From a bacterium (lineage in GTDB: Bacteria > SZUA-182 > DTGQ01): a stretch of DNA of 19,238 nucleotides. Below the pieces are notes generated by a model. That model had not been told where the DNA came from and searched no databases. It was given only the letters and a program-made list of their open reading frames with translations. The stretch is taken from NCBI GenBank assembly GCA_040752695.1, contig JBFMGO010000115.1, positions 1 through 19,238 on the forward strand, given 5' to 3'. Of the stretch, positions 1 through 8,350 are shown in pieces. The translations under genes were made by a program, and so were the position numbers. How positions within the stretch are numbered: the first letter of the stretch is position 1; every line of letters begins with the position of its first letter.

Positions 1-57
1 TGGGGGGGGGATCTGTGGTATGCACTTGACTCAAGTTCTTGGTTGATATCTATTTGA

Positions 58-84
58 ACATAAAAGGATTCTGTCCTTTTATGT
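58..84. terminator. Perfect 11-bp AT-rich hairpin, possible terminator
   Basis: ACATAAAAGGA-ttctg-TCCTTTTATGT, downstream of the minus-strand genes. The stem is weak in GC. Confidence 0.3.
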
Positions 85-104
85 CTTTATCGAGAAAAGT
101 CGCC

Positions 105-174
105 AGAGGGGCAGGCTCACTGTCTGGCGTCCGATGCGCATGGCGTTTGGATAACCCTGCGGTCTCCAGTCAAA
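105..174 (-). pseudogene. 70-bp diverged fragment of the DegT aminotransferase 3' region
   Basis: 64/70 identical to 1851-1920. Translates FDWRPQGYPNAMRIGRQTVSLPL versus FGWRPQDYPNAMRIGRQTVSLPL in the intact gene. Confidence 0.85.
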
Positions 175-203
175 TGAGTTGAAAAAATGTTAGGCTTGCA
201 CCT

Positions 204-238
204 TTAGCGATAGGACCACTTAGTGGTCCTATCGCTAA
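204..238. repeat. Perfect 17-bp inverted repeat, likely two IS-like ends back to back
   Basis: TTAGCGATAGGACCACT-t-AGTGGTCCTATCGCTAA. Related copies lie at 312-327, 13100-13113 and 16838-16853. Confidence 0.8.
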
Positions 239-327
239 GTACGTAGAGAAGCAATCAATCCGTCAATCACAGCGTCGGCTCCTATAGCGGCCTCTCGAAT
301 GGCGTATTTTGTTAGCGAAAGGATCAC
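223..327. mobile_element. 105-bp MITE-like element (family C), probably IS630-related
   Basis: Ends GTGGTCCTATCGCTAA and TTAGCGAAAGGATCAC (14/16 inverted match), flanked by TA at 221-222 and 328-329. A similar end precedes the IS630 remnant at 13100. Confidence 0.6.
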
Positions 328-344
328 TAAGATCCTCATATATC

Positions 345-1259
345 CTATTTTTTCCTGAGCATAACAACTAATGCCTGAGTAGTTACATCTTCGATAGTAA
401 GTCCCATGCCGGTAAATGCCAAATGAAATTTTTTAATAATATCTAAATGCGTATTATCTACGAATGCTGAGTGAGAGACAATTTCACACTGGGAGTGTTG
501 CCATAAGGAGTCAAAGTCGCTAACTCGCCATTGATTCAATGGCTGTAAGGAAAAGCATTTCCTGCCGAGATCATACACTCCCAATTTTTCCAATTTAACT
601 TCAAGAAACGATTTTGAAAAAAGAAATTGAGGATATGGCATTCGAATCGTTCTATACGAGTGCAAACCCCAGGGACTTGAATAAATAGGGCCGAATTCAA
701 TATAAATATAACCACCTTTTTTACAGACTCTTACAAGTTCTCTCAGTGCTACCGATGGATCATCCAAATGTTCGAAGGCATTGTACGAATATATCAAATC
801 GAATGAATTGGAATCCAATGGTAATTCAATGCTCAGATTAGCAGGCATAAATGGCAATTCCTTTGCACGGATATCCCTCCAGTCTTCGATGTCAGTAAGA
901 GTTACTCTATGCCCATAACATGAAAGCGCATAACCAGTCATCCCATCTCCACACGCGGCATCCAGCATAGTTAAGCCAGGAGCATGCAGTTTAGTTATTT
1001 CAAGAAGATTAAGAGTGCGCTCAGTGCCCCGTTTCCATGTATTATATGTATCATATCCATACTCTGGCAATGGCCTATATGACCTCTGTAGTCGCTCAAA
1101 TACTTCATCGGAATCATAATAATGCGGAGCTTCATCAGATCGTAAGAGAAGTTTGGAAACCACTTTCCGCCGCTGCTGTTCACACAGATGAAGCCATAAC
1201 CTATGAGCCTCCTGGTATGCTTTCTTCACTATGTGATCAATCTTGTAATCAGTACTCAC
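345..1259 (-). CDS. Class I SAM-dependent methyltransferase
   Basis: Motif I MLDAACGDG, then FDLIYSYNAFEHL and ELVRVCKKGGYIYI. GTG start. Confidence 0.9.
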   Translation of the reverse strand: MSTDYKIDHIVKKAYQEAHRLWLHLCEQQRRKVVSKLLLRSDEAPHYYDSDEVFERLQRSYRPLPEYGYDTYNTWKRGTERTLNLLEITKLHAPGLTMLDAACGDGMTGYALSCYGHRVTLTDIEDWRDIRAKELPFMPANLSIELPLDSNSFDLIYSYNAFEHLDDPSVALRELVRVCKKGGYIYIEFGPIYSSPWGLHSYRTIRMPYPQFLFSKSFLEVKLEKLGVYDLGRKCFSLQPLNQWRVSDFDSLWQHSQCEIVSHSAFVDNTHLDIIKKFHLAFTGMGLTIEDVTTQALVVMLRKK

Positions 1260-1261
1260 TT

Positions 1262-1499
1262 TATTGTACCACCACCTCCTGGACTTTTATTCCTATCAAG
1301 GTTTATATCATACTTTATATTTATCATTACAATCTCTGAACGTTTCTACAACCTTTTGGGTTTCACCATTGTCTTCCTAAAAATCATCAACAATTATTAC
1401 TTCGAAATCCCTGCAAGTTTGTTCCTGTACCCTTTTTAGAACATCACCCAATACGTGAACACGCTCAGAGGTTGGGATATTTATAGAAATTTTCGGCAT
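1262..1499 (-). pseudogene. Truncated GT2 glycosyltransferase N-terminus
   Basis: ATG at 1499 gives MPKISINIPTSERVHVLGDVLKRVQEQTCRDFEVIIVDDF*EDNGETQKVV, a typical GT2 start. In-frame TAG at 1379-1377, with further stops and a frameshift later. Confidence 0.75.
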
Positions 1500-1762
1500 A
1501 TTTTTCTCTTTTATATAACACCCAAGTTTGCTTTCCGATATTTCCATGCTCAACTATCGAGAAACCATTTTAAATCGGTAGTTGGTTATAATCATGTTTG
1601 AACCAATATTGTGACGGACCAGTATAATCAGAATCAGTCATCTCATTCAGGTAAATAGAGCTCCCCAATCTCGATAAGGATTTAACTATGGTCTCAATGC
1701 CCCTGGGAGGTACTTGCAGCAAGTAACCTGTTTGAAATTACCAAATCAAAGTAGCTGTCAGG
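1465..1762 (-). pseudogene. C-terminal remnant of a SAM methyltransferase-like gene
   Basis: Reads PDSYFDLVISNRLLAA, frameshift, VPPRGIETIVKSLSRLGSSIYLNE...WFKHDY with an internal stop. Its end overlaps the GT2 remnant start, as in an operon. Confidence 0.55.
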
Positions 1763-1782
1763 TCGAAAGGCACGTTTTTATC

Positions 1783-2973
1783 TCAGACATCCACACTCTC
1801 CTTCACTGCCTCGATTACATCCTCGACATCTTCGTTCGTCAGCTTGGCCGAGAGGGGCAGGCTCACTGTCTGTCGTCCGATGCGCATGGCATTTGGGTAG
1901 TCCTGCGGTCTCCAGCCAAAAATATTTTGGTAATAGGGGTGTTCAGGAATACTCAGGTAGTGTACGCCGACACCGATGTTATGGCTGGTCATGGCATTCA
2001 GGAAGGCATCACGGCTGATACCGGTTCGCGTCTCATCCACCATGATGGTATAGAGGTGATAGGCATGCCGGATTCCGGACCCGGCATCCATCGGCAGGCC
2101 AAGGGGCAGTTCGCTCATCTTTTCGGTATACCGTTGCCAGATTTCCTGCCGCCTGAGCCAATATGGCTCGACCCGCTGCAACTGGTGGATGCCAATTGCA
2201 GCCTGAAGGTCCATCATATTGTACTTGAAGCCAAGCTCCACAACCTGATAGTGTTTATATCCCTCGTCACTGAAGCGCTTCCAGGCATCCTTGCTCATAC
2301 CATGCAAAGCCAGGACCTTAATGCGGGCAGCGTCTTCCTCACAGCGGGTCAGGACCATGCCCCCCTCACCAGTAACGATGTTTTTGGTAACATAAAAGCT
2401 GAAGCAGCCAAAATCGCCAAACGTACCAGCCTTACGGCCCTTATATTCAGTCTCAATAGCGTGAGCGCAATCTTCAATCAGCTTTAATCCGTTACGCCCG
2501 GCAATATCGCAGAGGGCATCCATTTCACAGGGATAGCCAGCGAAATGAACGGGAAGGATAGCTCGTGTTTTTGGTGTAATCTTATCTTCGACCTGGTTCG
2601 GGTCCATATTCATAGTTACCGGGTCAATATCTACCAGAACCGGCCTGGCACCGGCATGCATGATTGCATTAACCGTGGCACAAAAGGTCATGGCCGTAGT
2701 GATGACCTCATCTCCCGGCTTCAGCCCGGCAGCCAGAATACTCAGGTGCAGGGCTGCGGTACAGGAGTTGACTGCTACAGTATAAAATGCCCCCTTATAA
2801 GCCCTGAAATCGTTTTCAAACCGGGCAACTTTTGGACCGGTACCCAGCCAACCGCTCTTCATACTGGCTATCACCTCCTGAATCTCGTCGTCTTCTATAG
2901 CTGGAGAGCCGAATACCAGGAAACGATCCTTAGAGCGAATGGATGCTTTTAGTAAGGTTCCATGAATGTTCAT
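1783..2973 (-). CDS. DegT/DnrJ/EryC1/StrS family PLP-dependent sugar aminotransferase
   Basis: SGWLGTGPKV, NSCTAALHL, PVHFAG, IEDCAHA, and FSFYVTKNIVTGEGGM (PLP lysine). Confidence 0.95.
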   Translation of the reverse strand: MNIHGTLLKASIRSKDRFLVFGSPAIEDDEIQEVIASMKSGWLGTGPKVARFENDFRAYKGAFYTVAVNSCTAALHLSILAAGLKPGDEVITTAMTFCATVNAIMHAGARPVLVDIDPVTMNMDPNQVEDKITPKTRAILPVHFAGYPCEMDALCDIAGRNGLKLIEDCAHAIETEYKGRKAGTFGDFGCFSFYVTKNIVTGEGGMVLTRCEEDAARIKVLALHGMSKDAWKRFSDEGYKHYQVVELGFKYNMMDLQAAIGIHQLQRVEPYWLRRQEIWQRYTEKMSELPLGLPMDAGSGIRHAYHLYTIMVDETRTGISRDAFLNAMTSHNIGVGVHYLSIPEHPYYQNIFGWRPQDYPNAMRIGRQTVSLPLSAKLTNEDVEDVIEAVKESVDV

Positions 2974-2975
2974 AG

Positions 2976-3854
2976 TCAGGTTTTATCTCCTCTCAACATA
3001 TCCATCAGATATTGACCATACCCATTTTTGACCAATCCCTTTGCCAGGTCTTCCACCTCGCGAGCCGTGATATAGCCAAAACGATAGGCAATCTCTTCAA
3101 TACAGGCTACTTTCAAACCCTGCCGTTGTTCTACAACTTCGATAAAATTCGATGCCTGGAGAAGAGACTCATGGGTACCGGTATCGAGCCAGGCAATGCC
3201 TCTGCCCAGTTTTTCCACATGCAGAGCACCCAGAGACAGATAGGCCCGATTGACATCGGTAATTTCCAACTCTCCCCGGGCTGAAGGTTTAAGCCCGGCA
3301 GCAATGTCCAGCACCCGGTTATCATAAAAATAAAGGCCGGTTACGGCGTAATGAGATTTCGGGTTCGCTGGCTTTTCCTCAATGCTCTTTGCACATCCTG
3401 TTTCATCAAAGGCCACAACTCCATAACGCTCAGGGTCCTTTACCCAATATCCAAAAACCGTTGCCCCTTCTTCCCCCTGGGAAACCGCCCGGTGAAGAAT
3501 ACTGCCTAACTCATTACCGTAGAAGATGTTATCCCCCAGGATAAGAGAAACCGAATCGCTTCCCACAAAGTTGCAGCCAATGATGAACGCCTGCGCCAGT
3601 CCTCCAGGATGAGGTTGCTCGGCGTAGCTGAAAGAAAGTCCCAACTGGGTTCCATCTCCCAAAAGTTCTCGAAACATGGGCAAATCACGAGGGGTGGAAA
3701 TAATCAGGATCTCTCTGATTTTTGCCAGCATAAGGACAGAAAGGGGATAATAAATCATCGGCTTATCATATACCGGCATAAGCTGCTTACTTACGACCTG
3801 AGTAATGGGATAGAGCCTTGTCCCGGAACCTCCGGCCAGAATGATTCCTTTCAT
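2976..3854 (-). CDS. rfbA: Glucose-1-phosphate thymidylyltransferase (RmlA)
   Basis: [49 protein letters not shown]. Confidence 0.97.
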   Translation of the reverse strand: MKGIILAGGSGTRLYPITQVVSKQLMPVYDKPMIYYPLSVLMLAKIREILIISTPRDLPMFRELLGDGTQLGLSFSYAEQPHPGGLAQAFIIGCNFVGSDSVSLILGDNIFYGNELGSILHRAVSQGEEGATVFGYWVKDPERYGVVAFDETGCAKSIEEKPANPKSHYAVTGLYFYDNRVLDIAAGLKPSARGELEITDVNRAYLSLGALHVEKLGRGIAWLDTGTHESLLQASNFIEVVEQRQGLKVACIEEIAYRFGYITAREVEDLAKGLVKNGYGQYLMDMLRGDKT

Positions 3855-3872
3855 ATCAGTTTGTTTCCTTTA

Positions 3873-3946
3873 CTATGCTTTTGCACTTTTTAGTAACTGC
3901 TTGAAATACCAATAACTCCGTAATGACAAAAAGTGTAAAAGTATAG
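3873..3946. mobile_element. 74-bp MITE (family A)
   Basis: 19-bp terminal inverted repeats (17/19), CTATRCTTTTRCACTTTTT. 7-bp target duplication TCCTTTA at 3866-3872 and 3947-3953. Homologous to 5183-5287 in opposite orientation. Confidence 0.85.
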
Positions 3947-3979
3947 TCCTTTACTTTCAAAGATGAATCTTCCTTCATA

Positions 3980-4043
3980 ATGTCATGATGTCATGATGTT
4001 GTTATATTGTTATGTCAGGATGCCGTTATGTTATGATGTCGTT
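3980..4043. repeat. Degenerate 8-bp tandem array, 8 copies, overlapping the rfbB stop
   Basis: atgtcatg atgtcatg atgttgtt atattgtt atgtcagg atgccgtt atgttatg atgtcgtt. Confidence 0.75.
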
Positions 4044-5164
4044 AGGCCTTTATGGAGATCATCACGTCCTTGATAGTTGAGGTCGATCCATGTGCGATAT
4101 TCTCCACTTCGTACGGCCTCTGCCCATTCCAGATGACTTATATACCAGTCAACGGTTGCAGTCAGCGCTTGCTCAAAGCGATGCCGGGGACTCCAGCCAA
4201 GATCTTTCCGGATCTTGGAAGCATCGATGGCGTAGCGGCGATCATGGCCGGGCCGATCGTGAACAAAGCGGATAAGCCTATGGCTCGAATTCTCTTTGCT
4301 GCGCCCGAGGCGGTTATCCAGAAGGTCACAGAGTCGGTGAATAATATCGATGTTTTTTCTCTCTGAATTTCCACCAATGTTATAGGTCTCTCCAGGCGAT
4401 CCAGCATCAAGAACCCGTAAAAGCGCTTCACAATGATCAAGGACGTAAAGCCAGTCCCTGACATTCTTCCCGTCACCATAAACAGGAAGGGGCTTTTCCT
4501 CAAGGATGTTCAAGATCATCAAAGGAATGAGCTTTTCTGGAAACTGGTATGGACCATAATTATTCGAGCAATTCGTAATGATGGCAGGTAAGCCGTAGGT
4601 ACGAAAATAGGCTTTCACAAAATGATCCGAGGCAGCTTTTGAAGCTGAATAAGGGCTTGAGGGATCATAGGGAGTAGTTTCGGTGAAATAGCCGGACTCA
4701 CCCAGACTGCCATAGACCTCATCGGTGGAGACATGAAGGAATCGAAACCTGTCCTGAGTCCCTTTTTCTTTCCAATAGATCCTGGCTGCTTCGAGGATGC
4801 GGAAGGTCCCGAGGACATTAGTATCCACAAAGGCCTCTGGCCCGAGGATGGATCGATCCACATGGGATTCAGCGGCAAAGTGGATGATTGCACTACAGTT
4901 CCTCTCTGCCAGAAGATGCACCAGAAATTCACTGTTTCGAATATCACCGTGAACAAATTGATGCCGCTGCGCATGCTGCAAAGGAAGATCGTTGAAGTTG
5001 GCCAGATTGCCGGCATAGGTCAGGGCATCGAGATTAACAATCTGCCAGTTCGGCCTTTGTGCCAGCGTGTAACGGACAAAATTCGAACCAATAAAACCCG
5101 CACCACCAGTGACTAAAAGGGTCATAGGACCGGAAACAGAGAAATTCAGAGAAGGTATGGTCAT
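4031..5164 (-). CDS. rfbB: dTDP-glucose 4,6-dehydratase (RmlB); true start may be 5125
   Basis: LLVTGGAGFIGSNF, HFAAESHVDRSI, HVSTDEVYG, PYSASKA, NCSNNYGPYQFPEKLIP, DRPGHDRRYA. Confidence 0.97.
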   Translation of the reverse strand: MTIPSLNFSVSGPMTLLVTGGAGFIGSNFVRYTLAQRPNWQIVNLDALTYAGNLANFNDLPLQHAQRHQFVHGDIRNSEFLVHLLAERNCSAIIHFAAESHVDRSILGPEAFVDTNVLGTFRILEAARIYWKEKGTQDRFRFLHVSTDEVYGSLGESGYFTETTPYDPSSPYSASKAASDHFVKAYFRTYGLPAIITNCSNNYGPYQFPEKLIPLMILNILEEKPLPVYGDGKNVRDWLYVLDHCEALLRVLDAGSPGETYNIGGNSERKNIDIIHRLCDLLDNRLGRSKENSSHRLIRFVHDRPGHDRRYAIDASKIRKDLGWSPRHRFEQALTATVDWYISHLEWAEAVRSGEYRTWIDLNYQGRDDLHKGLTTS

Positions 5165-5344
5165 AGTTGGTTGATTAGTTGACTATAGTTTTGCACTTTT
5201 TGTCATTCCCGCTTTCGCGGGAATGACGGGTAGACATTACGAAACTATAGGTATTCCCATTAGTTGCTAAAAAGTGCAAAAGTATAGTAGTTGATTGATT
5301 AGTTAATCGGTTGATTGACCGGTTGATTAGTTGATTGATCGGTT
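5164..5344. repeat. Degenerate TTGA/TTAG/YCGG microsatellite-like array interrupted by a MITE
   Basis: tagttggttgattagttga [MITE] tagttgattgattagttaatcggttgattgaccggttgattagttgattgatcggtt. Confidence 0.7.
5183..5287. mobile_element. 105-bp MITE (family A) with internal REP-like hairpin
   Basis: 19-bp TIRs (18/19). 7-bp target duplication TAGTTGA at 5176-5182 and 5288-5294. Perfect hairpin GTCATTCCCGC-tttc-GCGGGAATGAC at 5202-5227. Confidence 0.85.
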
Positions 5345-5428
5345 ATAGGTATGTTTTAGGATTTTATTTCTTTAAATACGGTATGACTTGTTCGTGGTAT
5401 ATGTAAGAACTGCTATATTACTATAGTG

Positions 5429-6754
5429 CTATACTTTTGAAATAGTAAATCGATATTTCCCGCTTTTGGTCACTGGAATATCATCCAGGAAATGGACATC
5501 GATTGTGCTGTTCAGGCCGACAGCTTCGTAGATTTCAGTGATTGCCTGATTCAGTTCCTGTTCCTGAAACTTTTCAGATTTTACGACATTGAGAGTATAT
5601 TTATCTCTTTCCTCTTGAATAAACTGGAATTTCTTTATACTTTCGATACCATAAAAGGCATGTGTAAAATACTCGCCATGAATCAGCCGGCCAGTTTTGG
5701 TAGTAATCGTATCTGATATGCGTCCAACTATCTTTTTAAGAAGGTACGTTTGCCTGCCGCAAGAGCATACTTCTTTACTTAAGATTCCCATATCGCCTAT
5801 TTCGTATCTTATAAAAGGAAAACTATAATTATTCAAATCTGTAATAACAATGATACCCAGTTTATCCCAAACCGGCTGTCTGCTTACGGGGTCCAGGCAT
5901 TCGATGATATGATCGTACATATGCAGATGCATGCCATTATGCTTTTTACATTCTCCGGCGATGCAACCTACCTCTCTTGCCCCGTATCGGTCAAATACCG
6001 GTACATGAAACACTTTCTCAATCTGGGCTCGCATGATATCGCTCAGACATTCCGCTGAAGTTATGATCGAAACTGTGGGATAATCAGGCTTGATATTGTT
6101 CGATTCGATAAATTTGGCGAAAATGTAGATAGACGAAGCATATGAATAGATAACTTTTGGTTTGAATTTCTGCATATCGTTATGGTAACTCCACATGCGC
6201 TCTGCGGACATATCAAACGTATCATAGAACCTTCTGTTTTTTATCCAGGTCAGCATTCTTGCAGCTGGTGAATTTATCTCTTTTATATCCTTGGGAGAAC
6301 CCCAGAGTTTTACATGCCGTCTAAAAAAGTACCAACCCTGCATGATATCATTGATGAGCACACTTGCTGCCATTTCTGCAAGCCAGTGTTCATCGTGATA
6401 GAAATTGACAGGCAAACCGGTAGAGCCGCCGCTCGAATCACTCAGTATTCCCTTGGCGTTTTTATTGAGCATTACCTGATTATTATTCTGTACATCATTC
6501 TTCCTTATGATTGGAAGTTTAGATAAAACTTCATCAATATCTTCAATTTTCTCTATGCTTTCACAGGTTAATCCTGCATTTTTTAAAATGGTACCATAAT
6601 AAGGATTGTCTACGAAATTGGGCAATAGTTTTCTCAATCTTGAAAGCTGGACATCCTGAAGTTGAGTTCTTGGTAGATATTGCCAATTCTTTTTCAAGAA
6701 AAATGTATGGATTCCCCATAATCGCGTTCTTAGAAAATGCATATTGATCTTCAT
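5429..6754 (-). CDS. Phenylacetate-CoA ligase family / CapK-like adenylate-forming enzyme
   Basis: SSGGSTGLP, FDRYGAREVG, TDLNNYSFPFIRYEIGDMG, CSCGR, IPVTKSGKYRF. Confidence 0.9.
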   Translation of the reverse strand: MKINMHFLRTRLWGIHTFFLKKNWQYLPRTQLQDVQLSRLRKLLPNFVDNPYYGTILKNAGLTCESIEKIEDIDEVLSKLPIIRKNDVQNNNQVMLNKNAKGILSDSSGGSTGLPVNFYHDEHWLAEMAASVLINDIMQGWYFFRRHVKLWGSPKDIKEINSPAARMLTWIKNRRFYDTFDMSAERMWSYHNDMQKFKPKVIYSYASSIYIFAKFIESNNIKPDYPTVSIITSAECLSDIMRAQIEKVFHVPVFDRYGAREVGCIAGECKKHNGMHLHMYDHIIECLDPVSRQPVWDKLGIIVITDLNNYSFPFIRYEIGDMGILSKEVCSCGRQTYLLKKIVGRISDTITTKTGRLIHGEYFTHAFYGIESIKKFQFIQEERDKYTLNVVKSEKFQEQELNQAITEIYEAVGLNSTIDVHFLDDIPVTKSGKYRFTISKV

Positions 6755-8046
6755 ACACGGACCTTTTTCGAAGGCTTTTTTGAAAGGCTGTGTTTATAGA
6801 AACCGATAATTGATCCACTGTAAATGGAAGGTACATAAAAGGAAAAAAACTCTGTCGCTCCTTCTCTGGATAATAATAAAATAAGCATTACGGTTACCAT
6901 TAAGCCTAACGCAGCGAATATCTTTTTTTCCTTGATATTCATGATAAGTGCCTTTAACTTAAAATAAATAAGCGCTAGATACATTAAAAAAAGCGATATT
7001 CCAACAATCCCGCATCCAAGGAGTACCTGAAGAAATGCATTGTGCGATATTTTTCCAGACTTGCTTATGAGCCCAGTCGTTCCGAATCCATCCCCAAATA
7101 TCTTTTTTAAAAAATCCATCTGATGTAAATAATAGTTTGTACAAAACTCGATATCCCCAATGCGGCCTGATCCGAGCTTTTCAATTTTATTTTCTTTATA
7201 TAATTCTGCCTCTACCTTCCATCTTGAAAAGGCAGTATCTTTATTTGTCATATAAAAAACACCAAACGTCATTGATACAATTGCAAATAGCACTATGAAG
7301 TGAAAAGATATCCTTACATTCGTATAACGGAATAAAATATAGAAAAGGTAGAAAAAGCCTAAAATGAAGGCCACCAGGGATCCTCGAACATAAGTAAGTA
7401 ATAGACAGAGAAAAGATATGCCAACTCCGATCGTAAAGAGAATCTGGCGTTTCTTATAAAATACATTCAATAACAATAAAGGGATACATAATGCGAAAAT
7501 ATCGGCGATGCCTGACTGGTTGTAATAACCACCTATTGCAACGGTTACTCCTGCATTATATCCTATCATTCTTCCAAATAAACCTAGTTTAGATAATAGA
7601 ATACTGAAGCTGACGACCAGTACCATGAAAAGAGAAAAATTACTTAACATGAATACATCATCTTCCGTTTTTATATGTCGCATGGCAAATGGCACCAGCA
7701 ACATCCATGTACCGATTTTCAATGACTCCTTGATCGTGAGAAGGGGAGAAGAAGAAAAGGTAAAGGTACTGAGGCAGTAAAAAAAAAATAACAGGGTTAC
7801 AACAGTAATATCGTCAAATGATGGATAGAGGAAAATCCCGGTAAGAGTAAGCAAGAAAACGACAAATCCGTAGAACATGGATACATTGCTGGTAAAACCA
7901 GGTAAATCTATGGTAATACGGACTGCCTGAGCGATAACAGGGTAGGTGATAAAAAGCGAATAGAGAAAATATTTCCGGCTGATAAAGAATACCACCACCG
8001 TTAGTAACGCAATTAAACTAACAAGTAATAGAATAATAATATTCAT
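6751..8046 (-). CDS. O-antigen ligase / Wzy polymerase-like polytopic membrane protein
   Basis: Many hydrophobic segments with LLLTYVRGS, GSGRI, IFGDGFG and SHNAFLQVLLGCGIVG (Wzy_C-like). 4-bp overlap with the capK-like start. Confidence 0.8.
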   Translation of the reverse strand: MNIIILLLVSLIALLTVVVFFISRKYFLYSLFITYPVIAQAVRITIDLPGFTSNVSMFYGFVVFLLTLTGIFLYPSFDDITVVTLLFFFYCLSTFTFSSSPLLTIKESLKIGTWMLLVPFAMRHIKTEDDVFMLSNFSLFMVLVVSFSILLSKLGLFGRMIGYNAGVTVAIGGYYNQSGIADIFALCIPLLLLNVFYKKRQILFTIGVGISFLCLLLTYVRGSLVAFILGFFYLFYILFRYTNVRISFHFIVLFAIVSMTFGVFYMTNKDTAFSRWKVEAELYKENKIEKLGSGRIGDIEFCTNYYLHQMDFLKKIFGDGFGTTGLISKSGKISHNAFLQVLLGCGIVGISLFLMYLALIYFKLKALIMNIKEKKIFAALGLMVTVMLILLLSREGATEFFSFYVPSIYSGSIIGFYKHSLSKKPSKKVRV

Positions 8047-8067
8047 TTAAATATTTATCTTCTCTAG

Positions 8068-8184
8068 TACTACAGCGAGACTTTCAAGTGGGAACTTGCA
8101 CTGATGCTTGATTCCACTTGGCTATCTTATCAACGTCATTCTGAGCGAAGGCTTAGAATGACGGTTGAAAGCTTCGTTGTAGTA
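8068..8184. mobile_element. 117-bp MITE (family B), IS701-like ends
   Basis: TIRs TACTACAGCGAGACTTTCAA and TTGAAAGCTTCGTTGTAGTA (17/20), flanked by CTAG on both sides. Internal hairpin CGTCATTCTGAGC-gaag-GCTTAGAATGACG at 8134-8163. Confidence 0.8.
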
Positions 8185-8350
8185 CTAGCGAGTAATTTTA
8201 TATTATTTATCTACACGATGAGGATTATTCATAGGGAATTTGATATGGGATGCATTCGATCCTGTGTATCATGCATGGCCATTACCATGAATAACACCCT
8301 GTATGATGAAAAATACTCTTGTGTGTGCTGGATAAAATTGCCAATAACTC

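Noticed and set aside
2..10. G9 tract as a phase-variation site
   Set aside because: It lies at the window edge with no visible gene context.
105..174. DGR template/variable repeat pair with 1851-1920
   Set aside because: Mismatches are not confined to adenines on either strand, and no reverse transcriptase is in the window.
1714..2487. 257-aa plus-strand ORF and other short ORFs overlapping real genes
   Set aside because: Antisense or alternate-frame shadows of well-supported genes, with no recognisable motifs.
3866..5294. Composite transposon that delivered rfbB
   Set aside because: Each MITE has its own target duplication and the outer flanks differ, so the insertions were independent.
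5429..5439. CTATACTTTTG matching the family A MITE end
   Set aside because: It encodes the ordinary SKV-stop end of the capK-like gene, and there is no partner end or target duplication.
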